DNA of 62,127 bases, taken from the IMG/VR virus record IMGVR_UViG_3300026911_000014, positions 1-62,127 of that record; one strand, given 5' to 3'. The notes beneath the pieces are model-generated. The model did no database searches. It was not told the DNA's origin and was given only the letters and a program-made list of their open reading frames with translations. The translations under genes and the position numbers were made by a program. This DNA is from a virus (lineage: Duplodnaviria; Caudoviricetes). This document shows, piece after piece, positions 1 to 9,330 of this stretch (the stretch's first letter is position 1; each line of letters begins with the position of its first letter).

Positions 1-123
1 TCAGGTCGGGGATCAGGTCTGGGCTCAGGTCAGGGATCAGGTCTGGGATCAGGTCTGGGCTCAGGTCAGGGATCAGGTCTGGGCTCAGGTCAGGGATCAG
101 GTCGGGGATGAGGTCTGGGCTCA
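1..123 (+). repeat. 12-nt coding tandem repeat (tcaggtcNgggV, ~10 copies) encoding QV(W/R/G)(D/A)
   Basis: Directly visible and in frame with the CDS. Confidence 0.9.
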
Positions 124-799
124 AAAATTAGAATACCAATACACGGCTCAATACGGTAGCATTACTGATTATGGATGGGTGTCTTTCTATGATTTTTTCA
201 CGCAGATCGGCATTATTAACCATGAAGGGTTTAATCACTTTAAAGATCTTATCGGCTCAGGGATTTATGACATGATACAGCTTAATGGTTTCTGTATCGT
301 AAGCGATCTTCCTAGAAAAATTGTCCGAAATAATTCCGGTCGACTCCACAATCCTACGGGTCCAGCCATTGAATTTGCTGATGGCTACAAGCAATACTAT
401 ATTAATGGCCGAGCGCTTCCATCCTGGATCTGGGAGAAAGCTGCTGCAGGATTAATTACAAAAGAGCTGTTTATTAAAGAGCCAAATAGTGAGATAAAAG
501 GTGGCATTTACGAGGTAATGGGGCAAAAAAGAATGATGGATTTGTTAGGCGCAAAAGAAGTGGATACGCGACAGATTATCCATACTAATGGAGATATTGA
601 GACAGTAACACTTCTAAAAACCAAAGAACGATTTCAGGAGATAGACAATCAACCATTCGCATGGGTAAAAATGGTTTGCCCTTCCACTGGATCTCAGTAT
701 CTTCAAGGTGTAGAACCTCATCATAAAAATGCATTGGAAGCCATTGCCAGTCTATCTCCTTTTAGTCCAGAAGAGTATTCTTTCGACATGAGAAGCTAG
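2..799 (+). CDS. DUF6745-like phage protein, 5'-truncated by the window edge
   Basis: The frame of ORF 179..799 is open back to nt 2: [14 protein letters not shown]...[10 protein letters not shown], then [20 protein letters not shown] and [10 protein letters not shown] motifs typical of this family. Confidence 0.75.
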   Translation, partial: QVGDQVWAQVRDQVWDQVWAQVRDQVWAQVRDQVGDEVWAQKLEYQYTAQYGSITDYGWVSFYDFFTQIGIINHEGFNHFKDLIGSGIYDMIQLNGFCIVSDLPRKIVRNNSGRLHNPTGPAIEFADGYKQYYINGRALPSWIWEKAAAGLITKELFIKEPNSEIKGGIYEVMGQKRMMDLLGAKEVDTRQIIHTNGDIETVTLLKTKERFQEIDNQPFAWVKMVCPSTGSQYLQGVEPHHKNALEAIASLSPFSPEEYSFDMRS

Positions 800-839
800 A
801 GTTATTAACAAGTTAATTTATAAATTTTAAACTAAAAAA

Positions 840-1205
840 ATGAAAAGAATTAAATTCCATCAAGGGGATGTAATTGGAAATCAAATTGCTGAGATTCCTT
901 CTAGTGCCGTAAAAGTCCGTAATCGACCTATTGCCTTTGGCGAACATTCGGGGCATCAGCACGTTCTTACAGGGGACGTAGAGATGTTTGAGTTCGAAGG
1001 GCGGTTAATTGCATCAGTTGGCAAAGACGGAGCTCGTCTTCAGCACTGTCACGAAAGTAATTTCACAGATAAATGCTGGACTACAACTGAAGAAATTGCT
1101 GTGGCAGATCATGCATCTCATTTGCTTCCTCCGGGCAACTATGAATTTTTCATACAAAATGCCTACAATCCTTACTCCAAGTTAATGGAAAGAGTAATCG
1201 ATTAA
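840..1205 (+). CDS. Conserved His-rich phage protein, partner of the DUF6745-like gene
   Basis: HQGDV, AFGEHSGHQH, LQH..E..H and LPPGNY motifs; followed by a terminator. Confidence 0.7.
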   Translation: MKRIKFHQGDVIGNQIAEIPSSAVKVRNRPIAFGEHSGHQHVLTGDVEMFEFEGRLIASVGKDGARLQHCHESNFTDKCWTTTEEIAVADHASHLLPPGNYEFFIQNAYNPYSKLMERVID

Positions 1206-1209
1206 CTTT

Positions 1210-1242
1210 AAAAAAGGAGGGCAAATGTCTCTCCTTTTTTTT
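1210..1242 (+). terminator. Intrinsic terminator, possibly bidirectional
   Basis: aaaaaaggagggca-aa-tgtctctcctttttttt. Confidence 0.8.
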
Positions 1243-1277
1243 AAAAATGTTATGCATAATCTAAATTGTTTTTAATA

Positions 1278-1535
1278 ATGAGTGCTCCAGTTAAACCCAC
1301 TTGCCCAGATATAGATAAAATTATAAAATGTCTCAGATCGGCAATAAAAGTATGCCAAAATGGGGAAAAGGAATTTAAAGGTGAAGCGGCATTCGACTAC
1401 TTCTGGGAAGTACTATACGAGATAGAAGACTTGGAAGACGCCTTAGAAAAACTTAGATCTGATAATTCAAGTCTAAGGGCATGGGGTTATGAACTTGAAC
1501 AGCAATTGAAAGAGTTGAACGCTCAATCTTTATAA
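1278..1535 (+). CDS. Hypothetical coiled-coil protein
   Basis: ATG at 1278 (MSAPVKPTCPDID...LEKLRSDNSSLRAWG). Confidence 0.65.
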   Translation: MSAPVKPTCPDIDKIIKCLRSAIKVCQNGEKEFKGEAAFDYFWEVLYEIEDLEDALEKLRSDNSSLRAWGYELEQQLKELNAQSL

Positions 1536-1542
1536 AAATAAA

Positions 1543-1574
1543 TTTGGTTGCAATTATCATTACTAGTATCTTAG
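1543..1574 (+). promoter_or_regulatory. Bacteroidota-type sigma70 promoter for the replication operon
   Basis: TTTG (1543-1546), 20 nt spacer, TATCTTAG (1567-1574), close to the TAnnTTTG consensus. Confidence 0.5.
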
Positions 1575-1649
1575 TCCTCCAATATGTTATCCATCCAATT
1601 AAAAGTGCTACAATGCTAAATCATTTCACATAATTATATGCCTTATATT

Positions 1650-1743
1650 GTCTGGTCGCAATACAAAGGTTCTAAAGAATATCGGAGTTAAACGCCCGAG
1701 AAACTTAAGCTCCCCCGTCGACCAGCGGGGGACTTTCGTTTTT
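1650..1743 (+). promoter_or_regulatory. Structured leader/attenuator upstream of the replication initiator
   Basis: Hairpin tcccccg/cggggga (1711-1732) with a T-rich tail; its loop cgaccag is complementary to ctggtcg at 1652-1658. Confidence 0.55.
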
Positions 1744-1789
1744 GTACCTTATCCTACGAGTTTAAATAATCCCCTTGATCAAAACAAGA

Positions 1790-2566
1790 ATGGCAAAAAG
1801 ATTTACCGATACCGAGAAATGGAAAGACCCTTGGTATATATCATTGAATAACGATTATAGAATCATTTGGCAATGGTTGATAGATAATTGTTCCCACGCA
1901 GGGTTCTGTAAAAGGAACATGAGCTTGTTGAATTTAATGTGCCGTGTAAATGTATCCGAAAATGATTTGTTGGAAAAAATGGAAAATAGGGTGTTAATTG
2001 TTGGAAATGATTGGTTTATCCCAAAGTTTATAAAATTTCAATATTCAACCTTAAACAGTGGTAAACCAGCTATTTTGGGTGTTGTAAAAGAACTTTTTTA
2101 TAAGAATTGTACTAGTATGATTCCTGAATCATTTGGTAATGATTATCTAATAATTAGCAAATCATTTGATAATCATAAGAGAACTATTAAGGATAAGGAT
2201 AAGGATAAGGATAAGGATAAGGATAAGGATAGAGTTAAAGAGGCAGAAAAACCTAAAGATGTAGAACCCGTCGCTTTACCTACCCTAGGCTCAGAATTCG
2301 TAAAAAATATAGCCAAAGAAGTTTGGGAAGATAAAATTTGGGCTGAAAGTATTTGTATGGGCCAAACTTTAAGTTCCGATGATTTAATGCGCTGGATGGC
2401 CCAATTTAATTCTAGTATCTGCAACGACAATGTACCTGGATTTGGAGCAAAAGCATATAAAAAAATGTTTTTAGGATGGCTAAGTTCTCAACGAGGAAAA
2501 GGATATGTTTTACCGCCTAAAGCAACTAATGGACAACAATCACAATTAAGAACTCTAAAAGACTAA
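1790..2566 (+). CDS. Phage replication initiator (lambda O / DnaD-like)
   Basis: MAKRFTDTEKWKDPW N-terminus, DK-repeat linker, directly upstream of DnaB; ATG at 1790. Confidence 0.75.
   Translation: MAKRFTDTEKWKDPWYISLNNDYRIIWQWLIDNCSHAGFCKRNMSLLNLMCRVNVSENDLLEKMENRVLIVGNDWFIPKFIKFQYSTLNSGKPAILGVVKELFYKNCTSMIPESFGNDYLIISKSFDNHKRTIKDKDKDKDKDKDKDRVKEAEKPKDVEPVALPTLGSEFVKNIAKEVWEDKIWAESICMGQTLSSDDLMRWMAQFNSSICNDNVPGFGAKAYKKMFLGWLSSQRGKGYVLPPKATNGQQSQLRTLKD
2189..2230 (+). repeat. (AAGGAT)x7 coding microsatellite (KD linker)
   Basis: Seven perfect copies counted. Confidence 0.95.
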
Positions 2567-2567
2567 A

Positions 2568-3968
2568 ATGAATTTTGAAAAGGATATTCACTACAGCGTA
2601 GACTTGGAAGCGGCTATTCTGGGAGCTTGTCTACTTGAAGCTGACGCATTTGGTAGGACTTATGGAATAGTCGAGATGGAAAGTTTTTATTTTGAAGGTA
2701 GTAAAACTGTATATCGCGCTCTTGCAGAAATGTTTAATAACGGTGTCCCAATAGATATTTTCACAGTTCAAGACTATTTGATTAATGTTCTTGGACATAG
2801 GGAGATTTCAGGATCTCTAACACCGTATTATGTTGTTAAATTAACCAACGCTGTTGTCTCTAGTGCTCATTTAGAGTATCACTGTCATGTTGTTAAACGC
2901 ATGTGGATGGAGCGTGAATTGATTGGCCTTACGCATGGAGGGATCAAACTTGAGGGAATGGTTAAAGAGCAGATATATCAACTAAGCGAAGCAATCCAAA
3001 GAATCAATTCAGGTACTTATACCAAGGATTGGCAGGATATGAGCGAATTGATATACAACCTCATGAAGCACCAAGAGGAGATGGTTAAAACAGGGGGTAA
3101 AGGAATACCTACGGGTATAGAAGCGTTAGATAGGGAAAATGGAGGTTTTTTTGGAGGCCAATTGGTAGTAATAGGTGCACGCCCATCTGTAGGGAAAAGC
3201 GCTTTTATGGGTCAAATGGCAATAGCTATGGCAAAGAAGGGGCATACTGTTGGAATCATATCTCTTGAGATGAATAACAACGAAATTGCGGCTAGGCTTT
3301 CTTCCTTAGAAAGCAATGATGACTTCAGAACTATTTTCAGAGGACTATACAGAGACCAAGACCATCAAACAAATTGGTATGATAAGATGAGAAGCATTAT
3401 CAATTTGCCAATTTTTGTAAGCGATAAGACAAAGGTTAATACAGCAGAAATAAGAGCAAAGGCAATGAAGTTACGTCACGAACACGGGCTAAGTTGCATT
3501 ATGGTGGATTATCTTCAATTAGTAAGCACCGAAGAGGGAAACCGAAATAGGACAAGGGAAAATGAAGTAAGTCAAATAAGCCGCATGTGCAAATTATTGG
3601 CTAAAGACTTAAATATTCCGGTCATTGTACTTTGCCAATTGAATAGGGCTAGTACACAACGGACAGGAGCAAACAGATTTCCGCAATTATCTGATTTAAG
3701 GGAATCGGGAAGTATTGAGCAAGATGCAGATGTGGTAATGTTTATACATAGAGATTGGATGCTTGGAGAAGGCTACTTAGTAGATGAGAAAGGAGAGTCA
3801 ACAGAAAATAAGGCCGATCTTATTGTTAGAAAATGGAGAAATGGTGCTTCAAATGTCCACGTTCATTTGGAGTTTAACGCCCCTAAAATGATGTTTGTAT
3901 TCCAAAATGGAAGAACCGATCAGTGGAAGCCAGAAACAACTAATTATAATGACGATAATCCTTTTTAA
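2568..3968 (+). CDS. dnaB: Replicative DNA helicase, DnaB family
   Basis: GARPSVGKS Walker A, SLEM, VDYLQL, QLNR, LSDLRESGSIEQDAD and KWRNG motifs. Confidence 0.95.
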   Translation: MNFEKDIHYSVDLEAAILGACLLEADAFGRTYGIVEMESFYFEGSKTVYRALAEMFNNGVPIDIFTVQDYLINVLGHREISGSLTPYYVVKLTNAVVSSAHLEYHCHVVKRMWMERELIGLTHGGIKLEGMVKEQIYQLSEAIQRINSGTYTKDWQDMSELIYNLMKHQEEMVKTGGKGIPTGIEALDRENGGFFGGQLVVIGARPSVGKSAFMGQMAIAMAKKGHTVGIISLEMNNNEIAARLSSLESNDDFRTIFRGLYRDQDHQTNWYDKMRSIINLPIFVSDKTKVNTAEIRAKAMKLRHEHGLSCIMVDYLQLVSTEEGNRNRTRENEVSQISRMCKLLAKDLNIPVIVLCQLNRASTQRTGANRFPQLSDLRESGSIEQDADVVMFIHRDWMLGEGYLVDEKGESTENKADLIVRKWRNGASNVHVHLEFNAPKMMFVFQNGRTDQWKPETTNYNDDNPF

Positions 3969-3970
3969 TT

Positions 3971-4330
3971 ATGAACTATATGATTGTCCCAGGGCTGAAA
4001 GGAAAAGGATTACTTGGTTTGCATAATAAAATGTCCGATATAAAGGAAATTATATTTCAAATTGTGTTAGAACATTTTGGAATAAGTGAAGAATCCATTT
4101 TAAGTAAACGACGCTTTAGAAGAATAGTATATCCAAGACAAGTATGTATGTATCTTCTTTATAAGAATACCAATCTTACTCTTGTTGATATAGGAACAAT
4201 ATTTTCATCAAAAGATCATACCACAGTTATTCATGCCAAGAAAACAATCTCAGATCAAATGCAAGTAGATAGAGAGGTTAAGGACGACATAATAATTCTC
4301 AATAATAAAATTTCTAAATACGTAGACTAA
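3971..4330 (+). CDS. Stand-alone DnaA C-terminal (domain IV) HTH protein
   Basis: SKRRFRRIVYPRQVCMYL...TLVDIG..F..KDHTTVIHA signature. Confidence 0.85.
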   Translation: MNYMIVPGLKGKGLLGLHNKMSDIKEIIFQIVLEHFGISEESILSKRRFRRIVYPRQVCMYLLYKNTNLTLVDIGTIFSSKDHTTVIHAKKTISDQMQVDREVKDDIIILNNKISKYVD

Positions 4331-4393
4331 GATTACTATTACATAACATACTATTTAATCCCAAAGATTATCCCATTTTTTAAATAAAAAAAT

Positions 4394-4675
4394 ATGTCAG
4401 AGTTTAATGACTTCTTTAAAGAAAGTAAATCTTTCGATGAACTTTCGAAATTAGTATCCGTCCATAGAAAATCAATGGAAGCTGCGGATGATTTAATTGC
4501 ATTTCAAAAGACAACAATTGAAAATCTTCAAAAAAAAACATCTAATCAATCTGTAGATAAAAAGGGAAAAGAAATAGCACTTGAAGCCGCTCTAAGAATA
4601 TCTAGCGGCCAAACTACTGGAGACGAATTAGTAGACATCGCCGAGCAAATCTATAACTGGTTAATTAAAGAATAA
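4394..4675 (+). CDS. Hypothetical protein
   Basis: ORF within the operon with an A-rich leader. Confidence 0.6.
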   Translation: MSEFNDFFKESKSFDELSKLVSVHRKSMEAADDLIAFQKTTIENLQKKTSNQSVDKKGKEIALEAALRISSGQTTGDELVDIAEQIYNWLIKE

Positions 4676-4679
4676 AGAA

Positions 4680-5147
4680 ATGAAATATTTACTTTCTATA
4701 GTTTTAATTTTGACTGCATTTACTGGATATTCCCAAGACAAAGACCCATTGCACCTGCTTGACTCTACAAAAGGAAGTGCTACATTTGACAGTGTTTACC
4801 ACGATGTAAAGTGGGCAATCTCAGCATTGGCAGATGGATTAAAAACAACAGCAGATCATTTATATTCTGTTTTAGTCTATCAGCAAAGAATTAAATCGAT
4901 ATGCTGTCTATTTGTGCTCTTAGCTACCGGATTCTGTATTTACAAATGTGTAAGGGTATTTAGAAAAGGGAAGTTAAATGATGATTATGATAACCTTACA
5001 AAAAGAGGGATAGCATGTATACTTTGGGCCGGTATCTCTGGGATAGGATTTATAATCGTTTTGTCTACTTTTAATGTTATGCTCACTGGGTTTCTTAATC
5101 CTGAATATGGAGCATTAAAAGAAATTATGGATTTTGTAAAGCAATAG
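4680..5147 (+). CDS. Membrane protein with signal peptide
   Basis: MKYLLSIVLILTAFTGYS/Q, two TM segments, C-terminal GFLNPEYGA. Confidence 0.7.
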   Translation: MKYLLSIVLILTAFTGYSQDKDPLHLLDSTKGSATFDSVYHDVKWAISALADGLKTTADHLYSVLVYQQRIKSICCLFVLLATGFCIYKCVRVFRKGKLNDDYDNLTKRGIACILWAGISGIGFIIVLSTFNVMLTGFLNPEYGALKEIMDFVKQ

Positions 5148-5150
5148 ATT

Positions 5151-5408
5151 ATGGAATGGAAAGATAAAATGATTTGGGTAATAGAATCTACTTTAAATGA
5201 AGGCCGAGAAGATATTAATCCTTTTAAAGTGATAATTATAGATTCTCATAATGTTGAACTGAATTACAAGGAATTTTATGAGGAAGAAACGATAACTTCT
5301 AAATGGGAATATTTACATGATTTAGAATCTCATTGGCGCATGGTTGCCGAAGAAATTGTAAAACAAGTCTTTCTAAATCGCTTCAGAGCTAAACTTAAAG
5401 TGGTATAA
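5151..5408 (+). CDS. Hypothetical protein
   Basis: ORF closely packed in the operon. Confidence 0.55.
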   Translation: MEWKDKMIWVIESTLNEGREDINPFKVIIIDSHNVELNYKEFYEEETITSKWEYLHDLESHWRMVAEEIVKQVFLNRFRAKLKVV

Positions 5409-5433
5409 AAACGCCGACCTATAAAAGTCGGCG
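5407..5433 (-). terminator. Intrinsic terminator between convergent genes
   Basis: cgccgac/gtcggcg stem with an A-run on its left (U-tail on the minus strand). Confidence 0.65.
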
Positions 5434-5463
5434 GAATTCTAACCTTTTAAAATCTAAAAATTG

Positions 5464-5763
5464 TTAGGTGCGTGCAGAAACCAAAGTGCTAAACAAGTCG
5501 GAACAGATGTAACGGGTAGGGCTTGTGGCTGGGAGAAAAAGGCCTGTGGGATATACTTCCACAATAGAGTTGGCGGTTACGGGGCCAAATGCTGTGCCAA
5601 ATACAACTGCTGGAGAAAGAGCGATTACCCTAGTACCAGCGACTGCTAAGTTTTGGTATGAAGGATTTGCAAAACCATTACCTTTAAGCTGATACCCACC
5701 GTTTTTTGCATCGAAAACGCCTACTTGTCCGTAGGCTGTGAAAGAAAAAGCTGAATTTGCCAT
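5464..5763 (-). CDS. Hypothetical beta-rich protein (possible virion accessory protein)
   Basis: Good leader (aattaatcaaaATG), own terminator, Ala/Gly/Thr-rich composition. Confidence 0.6.
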   Translation of the reverse strand: MANSAFSFTAYGQVGVFDAKNGGYQLKGNGFANPSYQNLAVAGTRVIALSPAVVFGTAFGPVTANSIVEVYPTGLFLPATSPTRYICSDLFSTLVSART

Positions 5764-5834
5764 TTTGATTAATTTTTTCGTTTTTTAATAATATTGATAT
5801 ACTTGGCGGATTAAATATAATAATTTTAACTTAA

Positions 5835-7358
5835 ATGGAGCCCAAACAATTAGATAGAGTTACCTTAATACTGTGTGATACAGTTAATTATGGTCAGGCT
5901 ATATTGTCCATGACTAAGACGTTAACTCAAATTTTGCCAGTTCGGTCTATTTTTTTTACTGATATTGATCTTCCTGTTTTTGATGATAGAGTAGAAGTTA
6001 TTAAAATACCCTCCATTAAGTCAAAAGAAGAGTATTCTAACTTCATTGTTAAGGAGTTGTATAAATACATTGAAACTGATTTTGTTCTTATTACGCAGTG
6101 GGATGCCACCGTACTTAATGGTCAATCTTGGAAAGATGAATACTACGACTATGATATGATTGGAGCCCCTTGGCTATACCAAGATGGCCGAAATGTAGGC
6201 AATGGAGGGGGATCACTCAGAAGTAAGCGGTTGATGACTATTTTGGGAACAGATCCTTTTATTGAAATTAGTCATCCAGAAGATGAGATTTTGGGACGGC
6301 TATATAGAGGATATTTAGAAAAAACGTATGGAATTAAATTCCCTTCCGAAGAACTAGCAGATAGCTTTTCCTATGAATTGAGGGCTCCCACACAAGAAAC
6401 GTTCATGCATCATTCCTTTTTTCACAAACCGTTTAAAGGAGTTGTTGTAGTCCGCCGAACTGGCGCGATGGGGGATGTGATTATGGTTGAACCCGTTCTG
6501 GAACACTTCCATAAACAAGGCTTTAGGGTTGTATTAGAAACAATGCCACAATTCTATAATCTTTTTGCCAATCATTATTTCAAAATTCACCATCCAGAAG
6601 AATTAGATACCAGAGTTCTCAAGACCGCAAAGGCCATAAATTTGGATATGGGATATGAAATAACGCCTAAACAATTGCATTTAAAATCTTACTATGAAAT
6701 ATGTGGCATCAAGAATGGAGAAATTAGAAATCCAAAACTAAGATTGCCATTTAACCATAAAGACCCATCCGCTAAACTATTCAAAAAATATGTTGTCCTA
6801 CATTTAGACGTTCGTCCTCAGTTGTCTAGAAATTCTTATGAAATAGAGTGGGGGGATGTAGTATGGGAATTGCAAAATAGGGGATACACGGTTGTTCAAA
6901 TAGGTCAAGGAGAAAGACAAGTAGTAGAAGAAGCCGTACAAATGCACAATCTTGGAGAAATGTTATTGATGCGAGTAATAGGAGGAGCAGACATTTTTAT
7001 AGGTCATGATAGTGGCCCGGCAAACATTGCAATTGCAATGGATACGCCATCGGTGATTCTTTTCGGAAGCGTAAATCCAGATTATATCATACCTGATCAA
7101 TCTAATGTTATAGCCATAAGCAAGCATAGAAGCCGTGATTATGTTTGCAAATCCCCTTACTGCTGGTCATCTGTAATAGGTCAAGAAGGGATAGAGTGCA
7201 TCGAATTGGATGGGAGGAAACAGATGCAAATCCAACCAATGCAAGGAAAAGATGAATGCGCTGAAGTTGATTCTTCGGAGATTCCGCCTTGTGTTAAATT
7301 TACCACAGAACAAGTAATAGACGCTATAAATAAAATAACTAATGCAAATCATTCTTGA
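5835..7358 (+). CDS. Glycosyltransferase fusion: DUF5672 (GT-A-like) + GT9 heptosyltransferase-like
   Basis: LITQWD, YDMIGAPW, VGNGGGSLRSK and PED in the N-terminal half; GAMGDVIM and FIGHDSGPANIA..LFG in the C-terminal half. Confidence 0.85.
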   Translation: MEPKQLDRVTLILCDTVNYGQAILSMTKTLTQILPVRSIFFTDIDLPVFDDRVEVIKIPSIKSKEEYSNFIVKELYKYIETDFVLITQWDATVLNGQSWKDEYYDYDMIGAPWLYQDGRNVGNGGGSLRSKRLMTILGTDPFIEISHPEDEILGRLYRGYLEKTYGIKFPSEELADSFSYELRAPTQETFMHHSFFHKPFKGVVVVRRTGAMGDVIMVEPVLEHFHKQGFRVVLETMPQFYNLFANHYFKIHHPEELDTRVLKTAKAINLDMGYEITPKQLHLKSYYEICGIKNGEIRNPKLRLPFNHKDPSAKLFKKYVVLHLDVRPQLSRNSYEIEWGDVVWELQNRGYTVVQIGQGERQVVEEAVQMHNLGEMLLMRVIGGADIFIGHDSGPANIAIAMDTPSVILFGSVNPDYIIPDQSNVIAISKHRSRDYVCKSPYCWSSVIGQEGIECIELDGRKQMQIQPMQGKDECAEVDSSEIPPCVKFTTEQVIDAINKITNANHS

Positions 7359-7935
7359 AGGATTAGAGGGCAGCGGGGAAATATGGCTGGATATAATGAG
7401 AATTATATGCGGAGATTGCGTAAATCATCCAGCAAGTAGTATGTGTGATTTGATGTGCCATAGGATGCCGTATACTCCTCAACTTGAGTTTAAAGAAAGA
7501 ACTTACGTAGATATACAAGATAGAGGCTTTGATTTTCCAGAAGAGAGAAAGCATTTCCAACATATGGATGTGTTTGATTTTTTACGCCTATGTACTTGTG
7601 GTTATGATGTAATGATTTGTAGCGATGGGTTAGAGCATTTATCATTTGATCAAGGGAAAGAATTTATACGCTTAATAGAGTTACATTCTGACAAGCAAGT
7701 GATATTTACTCCTCTTGGCGACCATATGGTAGGGGTGGGCGATTTAAACAATCCGGACACTCACAGGAGCGGATGGGTACCTGACATGCTTCCCGATTAT
7801 TTATCCATTGTACTACCCAAGTTCCATCCAGAATTAGACATTGGTGCCTTCTTCGCTGTTAACTGTTCTGGTCTAGAAAAACACAGAATTTATAACGAAA
7901 TAAAAACCAAGTATTGCTTTTATGACAAAGATTGA
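7342..7935 (+). CDS. Degenerate class I SAM-methyltransferase-like protein
   Basis: YVDI, YDVMICSDGLEHL, IFTPLG and HRSGW motifs; the Gly-rich motif I is degenerate. Confidence 0.55.
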   Translation: MQIILEGLEGSGEIWLDIMRIICGDCVNHPASSMCDLMCHRMPYTPQLEFKERTYVDIQDRGFDFPEERKHFQHMDVFDFLRLCTCGYDVMICSDGLEHLSFDQGKEFIRLIELHSDKQVIFTPLGDHMVGVGDLNNPDTHRSGWVPDMLPDYLSIVLPKFHPELDIGAFFAVNCSGLEKHRIYNEIKTKYCFYDKD

Positions 7936-8560
7936 ACAAATTAAAGATGCCATTGACAAAGCACTGCGACGAGAATCTAAACTAACACCGTTGGCCTTAT
8001 CAGTACCGGCGCTAAGTTCTTTAATGCTGAGGGCTTTGATGAATAATTTAGGTTCAATATCAACACGTTACATGGAAAACGGGGTCCATAAAAGTGGTCT
8101 CACATGCGCAACTATATGCAATAATTTCAATCTACTTTCGGTAACGGCAATTGATAGTTGGGCGTCGGATGAATTTAATGAAGATAAAGCTGAACCCCAA
8201 TTTGATGAAAATGTTGCCATGCTAAAGCCGCTAAACACCGAATTGCAGAAAATAAAAAGCGATAGCTTTGACATAAATCCGGCAGATATAAAAGGACCCA
8301 TTGACCTTTATCTTTATGATTCAGATCATTCGGAAATTTGTCAATATAATGCGCTCCTTCACTATCTGCCGTGCTTATCTGAAGAATTCATTTGGTGCGT
8401 CGATGACCTTGACTTTCCGGAAGTGCTAGCTGGAACTGAACGATCGTTAAAAGATGCTCCCGTAGAAGTACTTTTCGAAAAGAGATTTAAAGGGAATGAC
8501 CATGATAATGAAGGCGCATGGAATGGTTTTGCTGTATTCCTTTTAAAAAAGAAACCATGA
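7922..8560 (+). CDS. Class I SAM-dependent methyltransferase (Methyltransf_24-like)
   Basis: YMENGVHKSG, AIDSW, IDLYLYDSDH, VDD and WNG motifs. Confidence 0.75.
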   Translation: MTKIEQIKDAIDKALRRESKLTPLALSVPALSSLMLRALMNNLGSISTRYMENGVHKSGLTCATICNNFNLLSVTAIDSWASDEFNEDKAEPQFDENVAMLKPLNTELQKIKSDSFDINPADIKGPIDLYLYDSDHSEICQYNALLHYLPCLSEEFIWCVDDLDFPEVLAGTERSLKDAPVEVLFEKRFKGNDHDNEGAWNGFAVFLLKKKP

Positions 8561-9309
8561 GTAAGACGCTAGGGGCCTTTACGTTTCTACACGAGGCCGA
8601 AAAATACGATTATTGCTATATTCAGAGCATCATAAGCCTATGCGAAGGGTGCGACAAAGTAGTGGTGATTTTGTTTGACGATGACAGAAATGAGTGCGTT
8701 GAGTTGAGTCGAGTACTAGGAACATTCCAAAATCTACAATTTTGGATGTTGCCAACTGGCATGTGGCATTACATGAAAGGGAAAACAAAACTATCCAACT
8801 TTCAGAACATGGCCGCAATGATGTTGGATACCGACTATCAACTATTAGTTCAAGCCGACGAAGTGATCATGCCTGAAAGTTTCGAAGCCATAAGAGAGGC
8901 AATGGAAACAGGTGGCGAAGGCTTCCTTTGCGAAAGGGTAAACCTATGGGGTAGTCCAAACACAAAGCTTGTTGTACCACAGGAAAGACAACCATGCAGC
9001 ACCTACGTAAACCGGCTGACCAAGAGAGGGTTCATGTGCTACGACGATGGAGAAAATATTGGATCGCCAACAACGTTAGACTTTGCCACCCGGATAAAGA
9101 TTATACATTACGGCTTCGTGCGGAAAAAAGAAATCATGAAGGCTAAGATAATCAACATGCAGGAAGGAGTATTCCAAATTTCTCACGACCCCAAGCTGGA
9201 CGGCAGCGATGTATTCGATTCGACATTATGGTTCTCCGGTGATGATCTGGCCCCAATAGACTTTGAGCATCCAGATATCATGAAAGAGTGGGTGCGCGAA
9301 AGAATGTAA
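8557..9309 (+). CDS. GT2-like (GT-A fold) glycosyltransferase
   Basis: CDKVVV, VQADEV (DxD-like) and IIHYGFVR; ATG at 8557 overlaps the upstream stop. Confidence 0.8.
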   Translation: MSKTLGAFTFLHEAEKYDYCYIQSIISLCEGCDKVVVILFDDDRNECVELSRVLGTFQNLQFWMLPTGMWHYMKGKTKLSNFQNMAAMMLDTDYQLLVQADEVIMPESFEAIREAMETGGEGFLCERVNLWGSPNTKLVVPQERQPCSTYVNRLTKRGFMCYDDGENIGSPTTLDFATRIKIIHYGFVRKKEIMKAKIINMQEGVFQISHDPKLDGSDVFDSTLWFSGDDLAPIDFEHPDIMKEWVRERM

Positions 9310-9330
9310 AATAATTACTAACTTTAAAGC

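Noticed and set aside
1-123. CRISPR array or DGR repeat
   Set aside because: The 12-nt units have no spacers and are in-frame coding; no cas or reverse transcriptase gene lies in the window.
1648-1851. 67-aa ORF over the replication leader
   Set aside because: TTG start, runs through a terminator hairpin and overlaps the initiator; better explained as an RNA leader.
2173-2430. Minus-strand ORF with an SL repeat, and the many other antisense ORFs inside long genes
   Set aside because: These are shadow frames of well-supported plus-strand genes.
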